Shown here piece by piece: positions 43,522 through 52,601 of a DNA stretch of 64,000 bases. The first letter of the stretch is position 1, and every line of letters starts with the position of its first letter. The notes beneath the pieces were generated by a model, which saw only the letters and a list, made by a program, of their open reading frames with translations, was not told the DNA's origin and did no database searches. Source of the DNA: Trypanosoma brucei. Taxonomy: Eukaryota. The position numbers and the translations under genes are program-made. The DNA is taken from the NCBI GenBank assembly GCA_000002445.1, contig CP000070.1, positions 1,440,001 to 1,504,000 of the forward strand, written 5' to 3'.

Positions 43522-46500
43522 ATGCAAAGTAGTCTCTCTATCTCACCTCTAGAGCTTCATGAGCGAGCTGCGGATACGGACAACGAGTCCATAACGAGCA
43601 CAGATAGCACAAGAAGCGGGAGACGATGTAACGGATCCCCTTCTCCGCCGATCGCATCTCCGTCGAGTCCATCACTTCGAGCACACCGGCCAAACTCCCG
43701 CTCCTTCCGCCGCAGTGTTGGCAGTCGCAGTGTGGGAAGGTGGAGGCGAAGCGGGGGGAAGGGCTGTAGTGATCATGTGCCATTGTTCCCAAACCAACAC
43801 AACCCAATGAATATTGTGCTGAAGCCGTACCCAAACCGAAGGGTCCGCTCGGTATGCGCAACTAGGGGGTCGCTGGTAACAGCGCATCGTAACGGTATTC
43901 ACGTGTTTCGTCAGCGGTTCATCATACCAACCTCTATTTCTCATCTGTCGAGTCGTCGGGGCTGTGCCACTGGAGGTGCTGAAGACGGTGGAGATATGGT
44001 GGATATTCGCACGGGACTTTGGGAAAATGTCGACTTTCGAAGCCACTTCCAGCTGCAAGACGCGTACCTTTGTGTGGCTGCCGAATCTGTGTTTGACGAC
44101 GGTGAGGTGATACCTCTCAAATGGAACCGGTACATCGCTGCGGCCTGTGGGAGTGACAGGACACGCTATAGTGTTTGTGTGCTAAGTACATCGGCGAATT
44201 TCCTCCTTCACCACGAGCTGCACTCTAACAACCGTATTGTTGCCTTGAACTTTGCGCTTGTCGCCATGGAGGCAAATCGGGACAGCAGGCGCTACCAACC
44301 GTTTGTGGTTAGTGTTGATGAAATTGGTGAGGTGGTCATTTTTGATGTGGAACGTGATCGCGCAACGAAGTTGACTATGTGCTACGCCATCACTACCTCT
44401 AGCGATGGGACTGCAGCCGCTGATTTCCCACCGAAGGAGTTGTTATGTGAAGGTAAGTTTACGCTTTTACCGGCATGTCGTAGCGATGGCGTTAATGAAG
44501 GGCGGCAAGAGCCTTTACAAGAAGGCTCACAGGCAGACACCCCGTATCGGCTTGAGGCCGGGCTAGCCTCTAATGTCTGTCTCGTCGGCCCATGCCAGGT
44601 CCTATGCAATCATTGCAGTAATTGGAGCGGGCCTTCACCAGGAACAATTTTATTAAGTTTGTTTATATCGTCCCACGCCCATAGCTCCGCAGGCCAAGCA
44701 GAGTTGCACGTTTACCAACTGCGTGTGCTGTACAGCTATATAACACACCGCGCCTTGGTGGTGTGTGAAACCCCTATCGTGCGCGAGTGCGCACCAGATG
44801 AAGTTTGTGATGCCGGATGTGCTCTTTTGCCTATTCCGTACTCCTCGGGATTACCATCCTCTGTTTTGGTTGGTCGACCCCGTCTGCGGTTCTGGCGCGT
44901 AAGTGGCTGCTCAGGGAAGCTATTGCACGTTAACCGTGTGTATCAGGACAAGGATGGAAGCGGGAAAGGTGCGCGAACGCAACGGGAGTATTTTGTTCGT
45001 GTTGTTCCTCTTGGTCGTCACGTACTTCATCATGACAAGTCGATGTCTTGGCTGTGCTTCGCCGCGCTCACCGACAATGACGTCGTTTTGCTACTTGGGG
45101 AACGTCCAAAGCCTCCCGCCAGTATCTCATCTACGGGTGAAGAAGTACCACCGCTGGACCCCATTATCAAGCCGGAGGCGCTAACTTCAGCAGCGGAACA
45201 AGCGATGTTGAACGCATGGCTTGACGAAGTGGAGCAACCGGAAGCCGAGAAGGACAAGGCTGACCCGCTCGTGCCACGCGATGACCGACGACAGGGACAG
45301 CAGGTGCTTCTTACGGGGGAGAGTAGCACTGAAGCCGTGTCTGTTACAAGGACTCCTTTGCTCTCACCTGCAGATCCTGGTAATTGTTTTACTGTTCTCA
45401 TGGTACTTGCGGAGCCCAACGTCAACACAACACAGACTGGAAAAAAGGAGAAAGACAATCACTCGCGTGTGAGACAGTTGCTGTGGGCGCCGCAGAGTAA
45501 TGAACTGCTTCTCTACATGGGGAATGATGAAGATATATATTCAATAAAACTTCCATTTGCATGGCAAGTAAAAACAGAAGAAATTGTGAATAAGAAACTT
45601 GTGGATGAACCAAGAAGAGATCAAACAGAGGACAGAGAAGCTGGTGGCTGGTTCAGCTCGGTAGTTGTTCCTGGAGCTATGTTCAGTCTTGGTATCGCTC
45701 GACCACTAATGTCGGCTATGTGGAGCATCACGGGTGAAAGCGAACTGGAACAATCGTCGGTTTCACAAGCGTTTCAACATCATCAAGAGCAACCCACGCA
45801 CCCTCCCTTAGAAAACGATGACGAGAAGCTCACCACTCGTTCCCTCAGTGCGGTGACGATTGACATTGATACAAATGGAGGCGCAATCACACGCCGCCGC
45901 AAACGTCGTGGGATGAATCGGAGCTCCAGTTCCGTATTCAGCGTGGACGCCTCAGTAACGGAGGACGCATTTAGTTGTGAAAATTTTGTCGACAGCTGCG
46001 ACGATAGCGCCCGCAGAGCCTACTTGGCAGGGGAGCGCGAGAAGTTTCTCACTTCTTCAAATCAGTGGTGCCCCCATGGAACTCAAAGTTGTGTTCTCAG
46101 TGTGGAGACCTTGGTGCGGGTGGAGCAACTCGCTTCAACAGCCGAACCTCTGCAACGCAATGCCATAACATATGAGTGGACTGATACACACAACCAACTT
46201 TACATGCAGTTTGTGTCGGAGTTAAATGATATCGTTGAGGAGGAGCGCTCGCGTACCAAAACATCAGGATTTCATGGAGGAAAACCCCCACATGAGAAAC
46301 AGCGTCATGTTCCCTTCGAAGCCTTCATTGGTCGCCCGCTATCACATGATATTGGTGACTGCACTCACTCCGCAGGATTTATGCGGTCTTACAGAAGTTT
46401 GCAGCACAAACTCAAGCATGTACGCGGCGAAAGATATGTCTTTGATTTTGCCTCCTGCTTTGCGAGCAAAGCACCACCCCAGTGGTTGCTCGATATACAG

Positions 46501-47058
46501 GAGGAAGATCGCTGCAACTTTGAGCTGGCGGATCTCCGAGTAGCGTTCGAAGCAGACATGGCAAAGCTGGTTGCAGAGGAAATTGTTTGTATTTACGAAA
46601 ATGAGGAACTTGTGCAAAGTAATGGCGGTGGCGGAAGGCGATGGATGTCTCACAAAACATTTCCTTTCGATGACGAAGGTGGTGAAGTTGTAGATATTGT
46701 ATCGCTGAATGCTACAGCTGCACTGGGAAGCCTGGCTACAGTGGGAGCTGAGCCGCAATGGCGCTGGGCAACTGAGGAAACCGTACCATCGCGCTGCGTT
46801 GGTTCTAAATTAGCCCACAAAAGGCTGCATCAGTGGACTATTGGGGAATGGATGTATGCTCCCCGTTGGCCAACACGTGAAGAGGAAAAGAGTGCAATGT
46901 TTTTATGGAGCAGCAAAAATTCTAACGGTACCGCTAGGGTGAGACGCCGCCGCCTTACACGTAAACGCATTGATATTGCTGTGGAGGCAGCGAGGGAGGA
47001 ACGGAGGCGCAAATATGAAAAGGAGGTAGAAGAACTTCGTGAGGAGCTGGGGTTCTAG
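43522..47058 (+). CDS. Hypothetical protein of 1178 aa. The N-terminal ~90 aa form an Arg/Ser/Pro-rich low-complexity region.
   Basis: ATG-initiated 3.5-kb ORF. N-terminus: SPSPPIASPSSPSLRAHRPNSRSFRRSVGSRSVGRWRRSGG. No family recognised. Confidence 0.7.
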   Translation: MQSSLSISPLELHERAADTDNESITSTDSTRSGRRCNGSPSPPIASPSSPSLRAHRPNSRSFRRSVGSRSVGRWRRSGGKGCSDHVPLFPNQHNPMNIVLKPYPNRRVRSVCATRGSLVTAHRNGIHVFRQRFIIPTSISHLSSRRGCATGGAEDGGDMVDIRTGLWENVDFRSHFQLQDAYLCVAAESVFDDGEVIPLKWNRYIAAACGSDRTRYSVCVLSTSANFLLHHELHSNNRIVALNFALVAMEANRDSRRYQPFVVSVDEIGEVVIFDVERDRATKLTMCYAITTSSDGTAAADFPPKELLCEGKFTLLPACRSDGVNEGRQEPLQEGSQADTPYRLEAGLASNVCLVGPCQVLCNHCSNWSGPSPGTILLSLFISSHAHSSAGQAELHVYQLRVLYSYITHRALVVCETPIVRECAPDEVCDAGCALLPIPYSSGLPSSVLVGRPRLRFWRVSGCSGKLLHVNRVYQDKDGSGKGARTQREYFVRVVPLGRHVLHHDKSMSWLCFAALTDNDVVLLLGERPKPPASISSTGEEVPPLDPIIKPEALTSAAEQAMLNAWLDEVEQPEAEKDKADPLVPRDDRRQGQQVLLTGESSTEAVSVTRTPLLSPADPGNCFTVLMVLAEPNVNTTQTGKKEKDNHSRVRQLLWAPQSNELLLYMGNDEDIYSIKLPFAWQVKTEEIVNKKLVDEPRRDQTEDREAGGWFSSVVVPGAMFSLGIARPLMSAMWSITGESELEQSSVSQAFQHHQEQPTHPPLENDDEKLTTRSLSAVTIDIDTNGGAITRRRKRRGMNRSSSSVFSVDASVTEDAFSCENFVDSCDDSARRAYLAGEREKFLTSSNQWCPHGTQSCVLSVETLVRVEQLASTAEPLQRNAITYEWTDTHNQLYMQFVSELNDIVEEERSRTKTSGFHGGKPPHEKQRHVPFEAFIGRPLSHDIGDCTHSAGFMRSYRSLQHKLKHVRGERYVFDFASCFASKAPPQWLLDIQEEDRCNFELADLRVAFEADMAKLVAEEIVCIYENEELVQSNGGGGRRWMSHKTFPFDDEGGEVVDIVSLNATAALGSLATVGAEPQWRWATEETVPSRCVGSKLAHKRLHQWTIGEWMYAPRWPTREEEKSAMFLWSSKNSNGTARVRRRRLTRKRIDIAVEAAREERRRKYEKEVEELREELGF

Positions 47059-47770
47059 AATTATTGGCGTACGGTCAGGGGGAGATGCTTACATTCAGAA
47101 GGTGAGTAAACTGCTTCCTTCTCAACCTCGTTGCTTTGATATGTGCCCAATGTTGCTACGCGAAGAAGAAACATGCAACTTTGGATATAGTGTGTGACAT
47201 TCTTCGGGCGTGAGATACCTTCATAGCTTGTCTTTTCGCATATTTGTAGCTCAAAAAGCACCTGTAACACTGCGCAGTTGCGTGTATCTTTCATGATAAC
47301 TTCTGTTATGCGCAAAAAAAAGGTAACTTTATAAAAGAGTTTTTCGGTGTAGTCACCGCACCAGATCATCCGTGTGTGTGTGTGTGTTAATGTTAAACAT
47401 TTGGTAACTGATTACCGGGGAGCTGTGCTGTAATTGGATTTGACACATCTTTCGTACTTCCATCAGTGAGTTGTTCTCCCCTTTTTGCGTGATTCTTTCT
47501 GTTTGTCAGCCTTTCTGTGTTGCATAACTTTTGGTAAGCAGCACATCATTCGAAATTACAGTTGTGTCCGTCCCGTAAAATGCCGCTACCTTGTGGTTAT
47601 TTTTTTTCTTTTCTGTACCCCCTTTCGTTCTGCACTCGTTTTAACATACCGGCGTACACTCTCCGTAACATTTTCTTTTTACAACAACAAAAAAACTGTG
47701 GAAAAAAAAGAGGGAGAAAAGAACCGCACACGGGAAAGTTTGTCTGTGTGTGTGTTTTAATTGGCCTTCC

Positions 47771-48790
47771 ATGATTTTGAGGGGAAGGGTTGGAGCCGTT
47801 TTTATTGATATTTCTATTAGGCACGATGGCCCCATAGATATGCTTGACTTTTTCAACCGCTCGTGGAATGTGGAGCTGACACGCAATGCAGCTTCGGAAG
47901 CCACCGGATGCCTGTTGCGCTTTCCGTTGCTAAAAGTTGGTTCGTCAGTGTGCGCTGGTGTTGTTGCGTCTTTGAACACTGAGGGCCTTCTTCGACTGGT
48001 GTGCAGCAGCACCGTAGACAACGCACTCGCTGTGGCAGACTACGTATTCGAGTACGTAAAGCAGAGGTTGCCAACCCCTGTGTGTGGTAGTAAGTCTATT
48101 GTATTTTTCCAGTTTATGTTCCGCCTTAAGCAACAAGGCGTAACAGGGAAAATTCGAATCGATACATCCAACGAATCTGTTCAATGGTTCGAGAACCACA
48201 TCGCCACCGCTGTTGCGAATGGAGTTGAGGGTCGACAAGGTCGCTGGTGGGCTGCGATCACCAAACACACTGTCATTCGCTCGCAACATCAAGGTGCATT
48301 GCGCATCGCATGCCATTTTAAGCAACCGGCGCCTTGGTGCGAAGCGCGTGCGTTGGAGGAAACATCAAAGGGGGATGAGCGGGACGCTGACAACTTCTTC
48401 GCCAGTGAGATGATGTCAGTTATACCCATGGGAAGTGTGTTCGTTGCCATGCCTCACAACAGGGAGGTAAATCCAGAGGTACGTTTATCGTCCCTTAAAC
48501 GACTCCAGTCAGAGGAAGGGGAAGGAGTAAGTATGGCTTCATCATTGTGGCAACCGCAAACAGAGGTTGAAACAAAAGCAACACCTCAACGAGGAAGTGA
48601 CGGTGGTGAGGCGGTTGAGGTGCTCACCGGAAACGCAGCGACAAAGTGTTCAACTGTTGTGAAACCTCAACTGAAAGTAGAGGTGACATTGCGACACACG
48701 GGTTATGCGGTTGCCACAGCGGACACGCAGGAGGGGCTATCCTTTTTTGTTGAAGAGGTGTTGATTCCTTTTCTTCACAGGGAAAAGTGA
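47771..48790 (+). CDS. Hypothetical protein of about 339 aa (ORF from GTG 47750; first ATG 47771).
   Basis: Codon-like ORF preceded by a long pyrimidine tract at 47590-47700. No recognisable domain. Confidence 0.55.
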   Translation: MILRGRVGAVFIDISIRHDGPIDMLDFFNRSWNVELTRNAASEATGCLLRFPLLKVGSSVCAGVVASLNTEGLLRLVCSSTVDNALAVADYVFEYVKQRLPTPVCGSKSIVFFQFMFRLKQQGVTGKIRIDTSNESVQWFENHIATAVANGVEGRQGRWWAAITKHTVIRSQHQGALRIACHFKQPAPWCEARALEETSKGDERDADNFFASEMMSVIPMGSVFVAMPHNREVNPEVRLSSLKRLQSEEGEGVSMASSLWQPQTEVETKATPQRGSDGGEAVEVLTGNAATKCSTVVKPQLKVEVTLRHTGYAVATADTQEGLSFFVEEVLIPFLHREK

Positions 48791-49747
48791 GCGGTGGTGC
48801 GGGGGACGCACATCACTCCCACACGAGTGTTTGAAATTGTTTTCCCTGGTGACGCTGGTCACCTCTACGTGGCACTATGATCCCTTACACCGTATTTTGC
48901 AGGAAGAAATCAAGTGATGGCAGCGCTTCCTGCATGGACGGCACTATCATGTTGGCATTGATAGCGTCGGTGGGGAAAGGGTGGCTCCTACGAAAGCACG
49001 TTGCCATTTCAAGATTTATATATGAAGATTGACTGTGGTGTCAGATATAAAAGAGGGCGGAATAGCGGGGAGGGTATGAGGAAAATCAGCAGCTGTTTTT
49101 GAATTCGTTATATTATACGTGTGTTTTTGTGTCCTTAGACACGAGGCCGCAATCGGGTCGACTTCGATGCTTCTTCTTCCCCCTGTTACCGGATCATCGT
49201 GCTCTTCTCAAAGTTGAGAATTCATCAGTTTTGTGTGAGTGGAGCGTTGTTGGAGAAAATAACATGTGAACTTCCCTGAGTAAGGAGAAGACAAACCAAC
49301 TATTTATTACTGCGGTTTCCCTTCCCCTTTTATTTTTCATCTTTTGTTTATCTTGCTGTTTGAATTGGACATCAGGATCGAATTGAGCGTTGGTTGCGAG
49401 GCCGGGGGAAGCACCAGCTACCTGTTGGTTCCGGTCCGCGGCATACTTTGTTGTACGTTGACCATCAGCTCTCAATATTGCGACAACGGCCCCCTCAAAA
49501 AAAGAAAAAGAAAAAAAGAGCTGAAGTGTTGTCTCCTAAAGTCGGTCCGGTGAGGAACTCAACCACAGGGCCCTCGGTCACGTGTCAAGTTTACACTGTG
49601 GAAGCTCTACAAACCAAAAATAAAATAAATATAAGGGACAAGCAAGGGAACTAATTTTTTTTTTTTGGAGGGGGGGGTCGTGACGAAGAGAAAAGGGATC
49701 TCCGACCCTTTTAAGGCTGAAGGCCACAAAAGGAGGGATACAGGCGG

Positions 49748-50368
49748 ATGACACCTCTTGGTTTTGATTTTACTTCATTTGTTCTTTCGTTCGGAACAGG
49801 AGTATTCGTGGCACTTTTTTTAATGCGGTGGGGATGCCCTTTTCAGTTCTCCGTGCGCTCAAAGATGCGGCAAGCAAATGCTTTTGCCTGTTGCGGTGAG
49901 CCTCTTAAGATGACTTTGGTTGTGCGCAGGGACCTAAAAATGGGAACGGGGAAAATTGCTGCGCAGTGCGCTCACGCGGCCGTTGCCGTCATGGAGGAAG
50001 TGCAAAGTCGGCGCAGTGATAATGGTGCTAACTGCAACGACAGCTGTTCTACGTATGGTTACAGTGGCAACAGTGATCATTACTCCCCTGCTGCATCTCA
50101 AATGTGCGGTGGGAGTGGTGCAGATAAGTGGGTGTCGTGGTATGATGCATGGAGGTTTGCTGGCAGCAAGAAAGTTGCTCTTCAGTGTGAAAATGAAGAG
50201 CAACTAATGGAAGCCTACAGAGCCGCCAGGCGTGAGGGAATTCCACACGCTGTAATCCGTGACGCGGGAAGAACTCAAATTGCCGCGGGGAGCAAAACCG
50301 TGCTGGCTGTGGGACCTGCCCCAGATTCACTTGTAGACCGTGTAACAGGTCATTTCAAACTCCTTTAA
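49748..50368 (+). CDS. PTH2: Peptidyl-tRNA hydrolase 2 (PTH2 family). It has an N-terminal hydrophobic anchor and an internal lineage-specific insertion.
   Basis: Catalytic-core motifs KMTLVVRRDLKMGTGKIAAQCAHAAV, KVALQCENEEQL, DAGRTQIAAGSKTVLAVGP and VTGHFKLL. The N-terminal hydrophobic segment is FTSFVLSFGTGVFVALFLM. Confidence 0.85.
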   Translation: MTPLGFDFTSFVLSFGTGVFVALFLMRWGCPFQFSVRSKMRQANAFACCGEPLKMTLVVRRDLKMGTGKIAAQCAHAAVAVMEEVQSRRSDNGANCNDSCSTYGYSGNSDHYSPAASQMCGGSGADKWVSWYDAWRFAGSKKVALQCENEEQLMEAYRAARREGIPHAVIRDAGRTQIAAGSKTVLAVGPAPDSLVDRVTGHFKLL

Positions 50369-50561
50369 TGGAGATGGTGGTGCGTTGTAGCCTTGAAATG
50401 TCTGGCCTTTTTGTATGTGTGGTTCTGCTGCTTATGATTTCCCATCGACACGATTAGTTATCACTGCAGGTTGTCAGTCGCACTCTAAACGAGTGAAAAT
50501 TCACAGCTTGGGTGGTTGTTGCCGCTTTACCGTCCCCACAGCGACATCTCTAGAAGGTAAA

Positions 50562-50564
<3 letters not shown>

Positions 50565-50592
<28 letters not shown>

Positions 50593-50600
50593 ACTCTGCG
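50565..50600. repeat. (CA)8(TA)7 compound microsatellite.
   Basis: cacacacacacacacatatatatatatata. Confidence 0.9.
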
Positions 50601-50763
50601 CATGATTATTCGACCGCTCGTTTGTGCTCATGGGGTCCGGTAAGGTGGGTCAGAAACTTCTTTAGTTTTCACAAATTGTGGAACTGCTCACCCCCCCAAA
50701 AAAAAGAAAGAAATAAATAATAATAATAACAATATTAATGTCGCACTCAGCTATTCAATTGCG

Positions 50764-50807
50764 TTCCCTCATCTTTCCCTTCTCCCTTTGCTTTTGTTAT
50801 CTTCAAG
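50764..50807 (+). promoter_or_regulatory. Polypyrimidine tract plus AG 17 nt upstream of the ATG at 50824; a candidate spliced-leader acceptor.
   Basis: ttccctcatctttcccttctccctttgcttttgttatcttcaag. Confidence 0.45.
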
Positions 50808-50823
50808 CTGCCGGTCTGTCACC

Positions 50824-51966
50824 ATGAATCAGAAGATTCTCCTAGCGGAAGCCCTCAATATCCTGCAAAGGACGCGGGCTTCTGAATTGGAAGTGGACTG
50901 TAGACAGCAACAGGTAGTTGGAAATAATAAGCTCCGCAGTGAGCTTTCCAACCTGTGCAGTCTGTATGAGAGGGTTGGAAACGACTATCTTCTTGGCGCT
51001 GAAATAATCAACCATGTGCGTCGCACCGTCATGGGGAATGATGACGTGAATAGCCGTCGCCTAACGGCCTTCTGCGAGGGAAAAATGGAAGAATGTATGG
51101 ATCGGTGTGAAGTTGTCAGGGCCAAAAAGGATAACATTCTTCTCCCTTTAACCCAGATGGGTCAACATGCACCGAAGGAGGGATTTGACCTTGGGGATCC
51201 GGTACTTTTGGCTAATGGCAATTCCTTTACAATCAAGCGTAGTAAACCGTTTGAACGCACGGTAGTGCTTAGGGATGGATCCTACGTTTTTTGGATTAAA
51301 AACCTCGACTCCTATAGCATTGCGGCCCCAAAGGTTGCTGTTCTGTTAGAATTTAGTACCACACTGGGTACGACTCGACGTGTGCAGAAGGTTGTTCCTT
51401 GCCAGTGTGGATGGAAACACGTTATTGGCGTCATACAGCCGGTGACGACGCGTGTGGTGGTAAGCAGTGATGCGGTTGTGCGGGATTCACACGTGGAGGT
51501 TGCGCTGTATAGCCTCAAAGAAGCGCCTGTGCAACCAGATGAAAAGAAGGAGTTGAAATTATCAGAGGTGTCATCGGTCGCTGGCTTAGCAAAGGTTCAA
51601 GGGGTTGCCGACAACGGTGTTGCAGCTCTCACAGAGCAGAAGGTTCCCAACAGAACGTTGCCCACAGGACCGGAAGACAGGATAAACACCAAAAGTGAGA
51701 AGGATATCACGGAAGAGTTACAGTCCCTGAAGGTGCCTCACGTTTCTTCAAAGGAGTCATCCGCGCTGGTTCCTCCGCGTCCTGCCCAAGAGATCCCTCA
51801 AAACATGAACTGCGTCCAGCGTCTGCAACAGTTGCAGGAGTGTCTTAACGCATGGCCCAAGGACGGGGTGATGGCAGTGACACTGGGGAGAGAGCAGCGA
51901 CACATCATCCGGAGTCTCTATGCGCTCCCGTCTCCCGTTGAAATTGACGAGGGCGACGAAACATGA
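50824..51966 (+). CDS. Hypothetical protein of about 380 aa (track ORF from TTG 50788).
   Basis: ATG MNQKILLAEALN directly follows the pyrimidine tract and AG. No recognisable domain. Confidence 0.6.
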   Translation: MNQKILLAEALNILQRTRASELEVDCRQQQVVGNNKLRSELSNLCSLYERVGNDYLLGAEIINHVRRTVMGNDDVNSRRLTAFCEGKMEECMDRCEVVRAKKDNILLPLTQMGQHAPKEGFDLGDPVLLANGNSFTIKRSKPFERTVVLRDGSYVFWIKNLDSYSIAAPKVAVLLEFSTTLGTTRRVQKVVPCQCGWKHVIGVIQPVTTRVVVSSDAVVRDSHVEVALYSLKEAPVQPDEKKELKLSEVSSVAGLAKVQGVADNGVAALTEQKVPNRTLPTGPEDRINTKSEKDITEELQSLKVPHVSSKESSALVPPRPAQEIPQNMNCVQRLQQLQECLNAWPKDGVMAVTLGREQRHIIRSLYALPSPVEIDEGDET

Positions 51967-52601
51967 ACTTCAAGGGTTGCCATTTACAGGAACAAGCTAA
52001 ATTCGACGAAACTGTCAAGGGGGGGGGGAACATGAACGATGTGTGGAAAGGACATAAGACAGAGTGTTGTCGGGTTGTTCCTGCGGCTTTTTATACTTCT
52101 TTTTTAAAAAGTCCCATCAGTTGGACATTCCGCGTGTCTTATTGCCGGTTAGCGTTGTAAAAAGCGCAGTTAATTTGAGCGGCAACTGGACCCCTCGGCA
52201 TTAGCAGCATCGGAATTTCACTTTCATGTGCAGTTTAAGACAAGCAACGACGAAACGTTTATGGGGTAAGGCGTGGAAGTTACATTGTTATGTCACGGTG
52301 CTACTCTTGAAGTGACGAATTTTCCAAAACAGAAAGGGGTGATTTTGCTTCCAGACGCAATGCAGTGACTAAACAATCAAGCGATCGGAAAGACGTGTAT
52401 TCATCTCATTTGCTTTGTCCGGTCCTTGGACGAAATTTATTTGCTCACAAAGTACTTTGTGTTCTTCCTATTTCTGCACCTCCGCATTCGACCCAACATA
52501 TCTAACAACACCCGTGGAAGGCGGAACCAACGGTTGAGGCGCAACCGGTAATAAAAAGCGTTTCAGTTCATAAGGAAGAACCGATAGGAAGGGAAGAGGA
52601 A

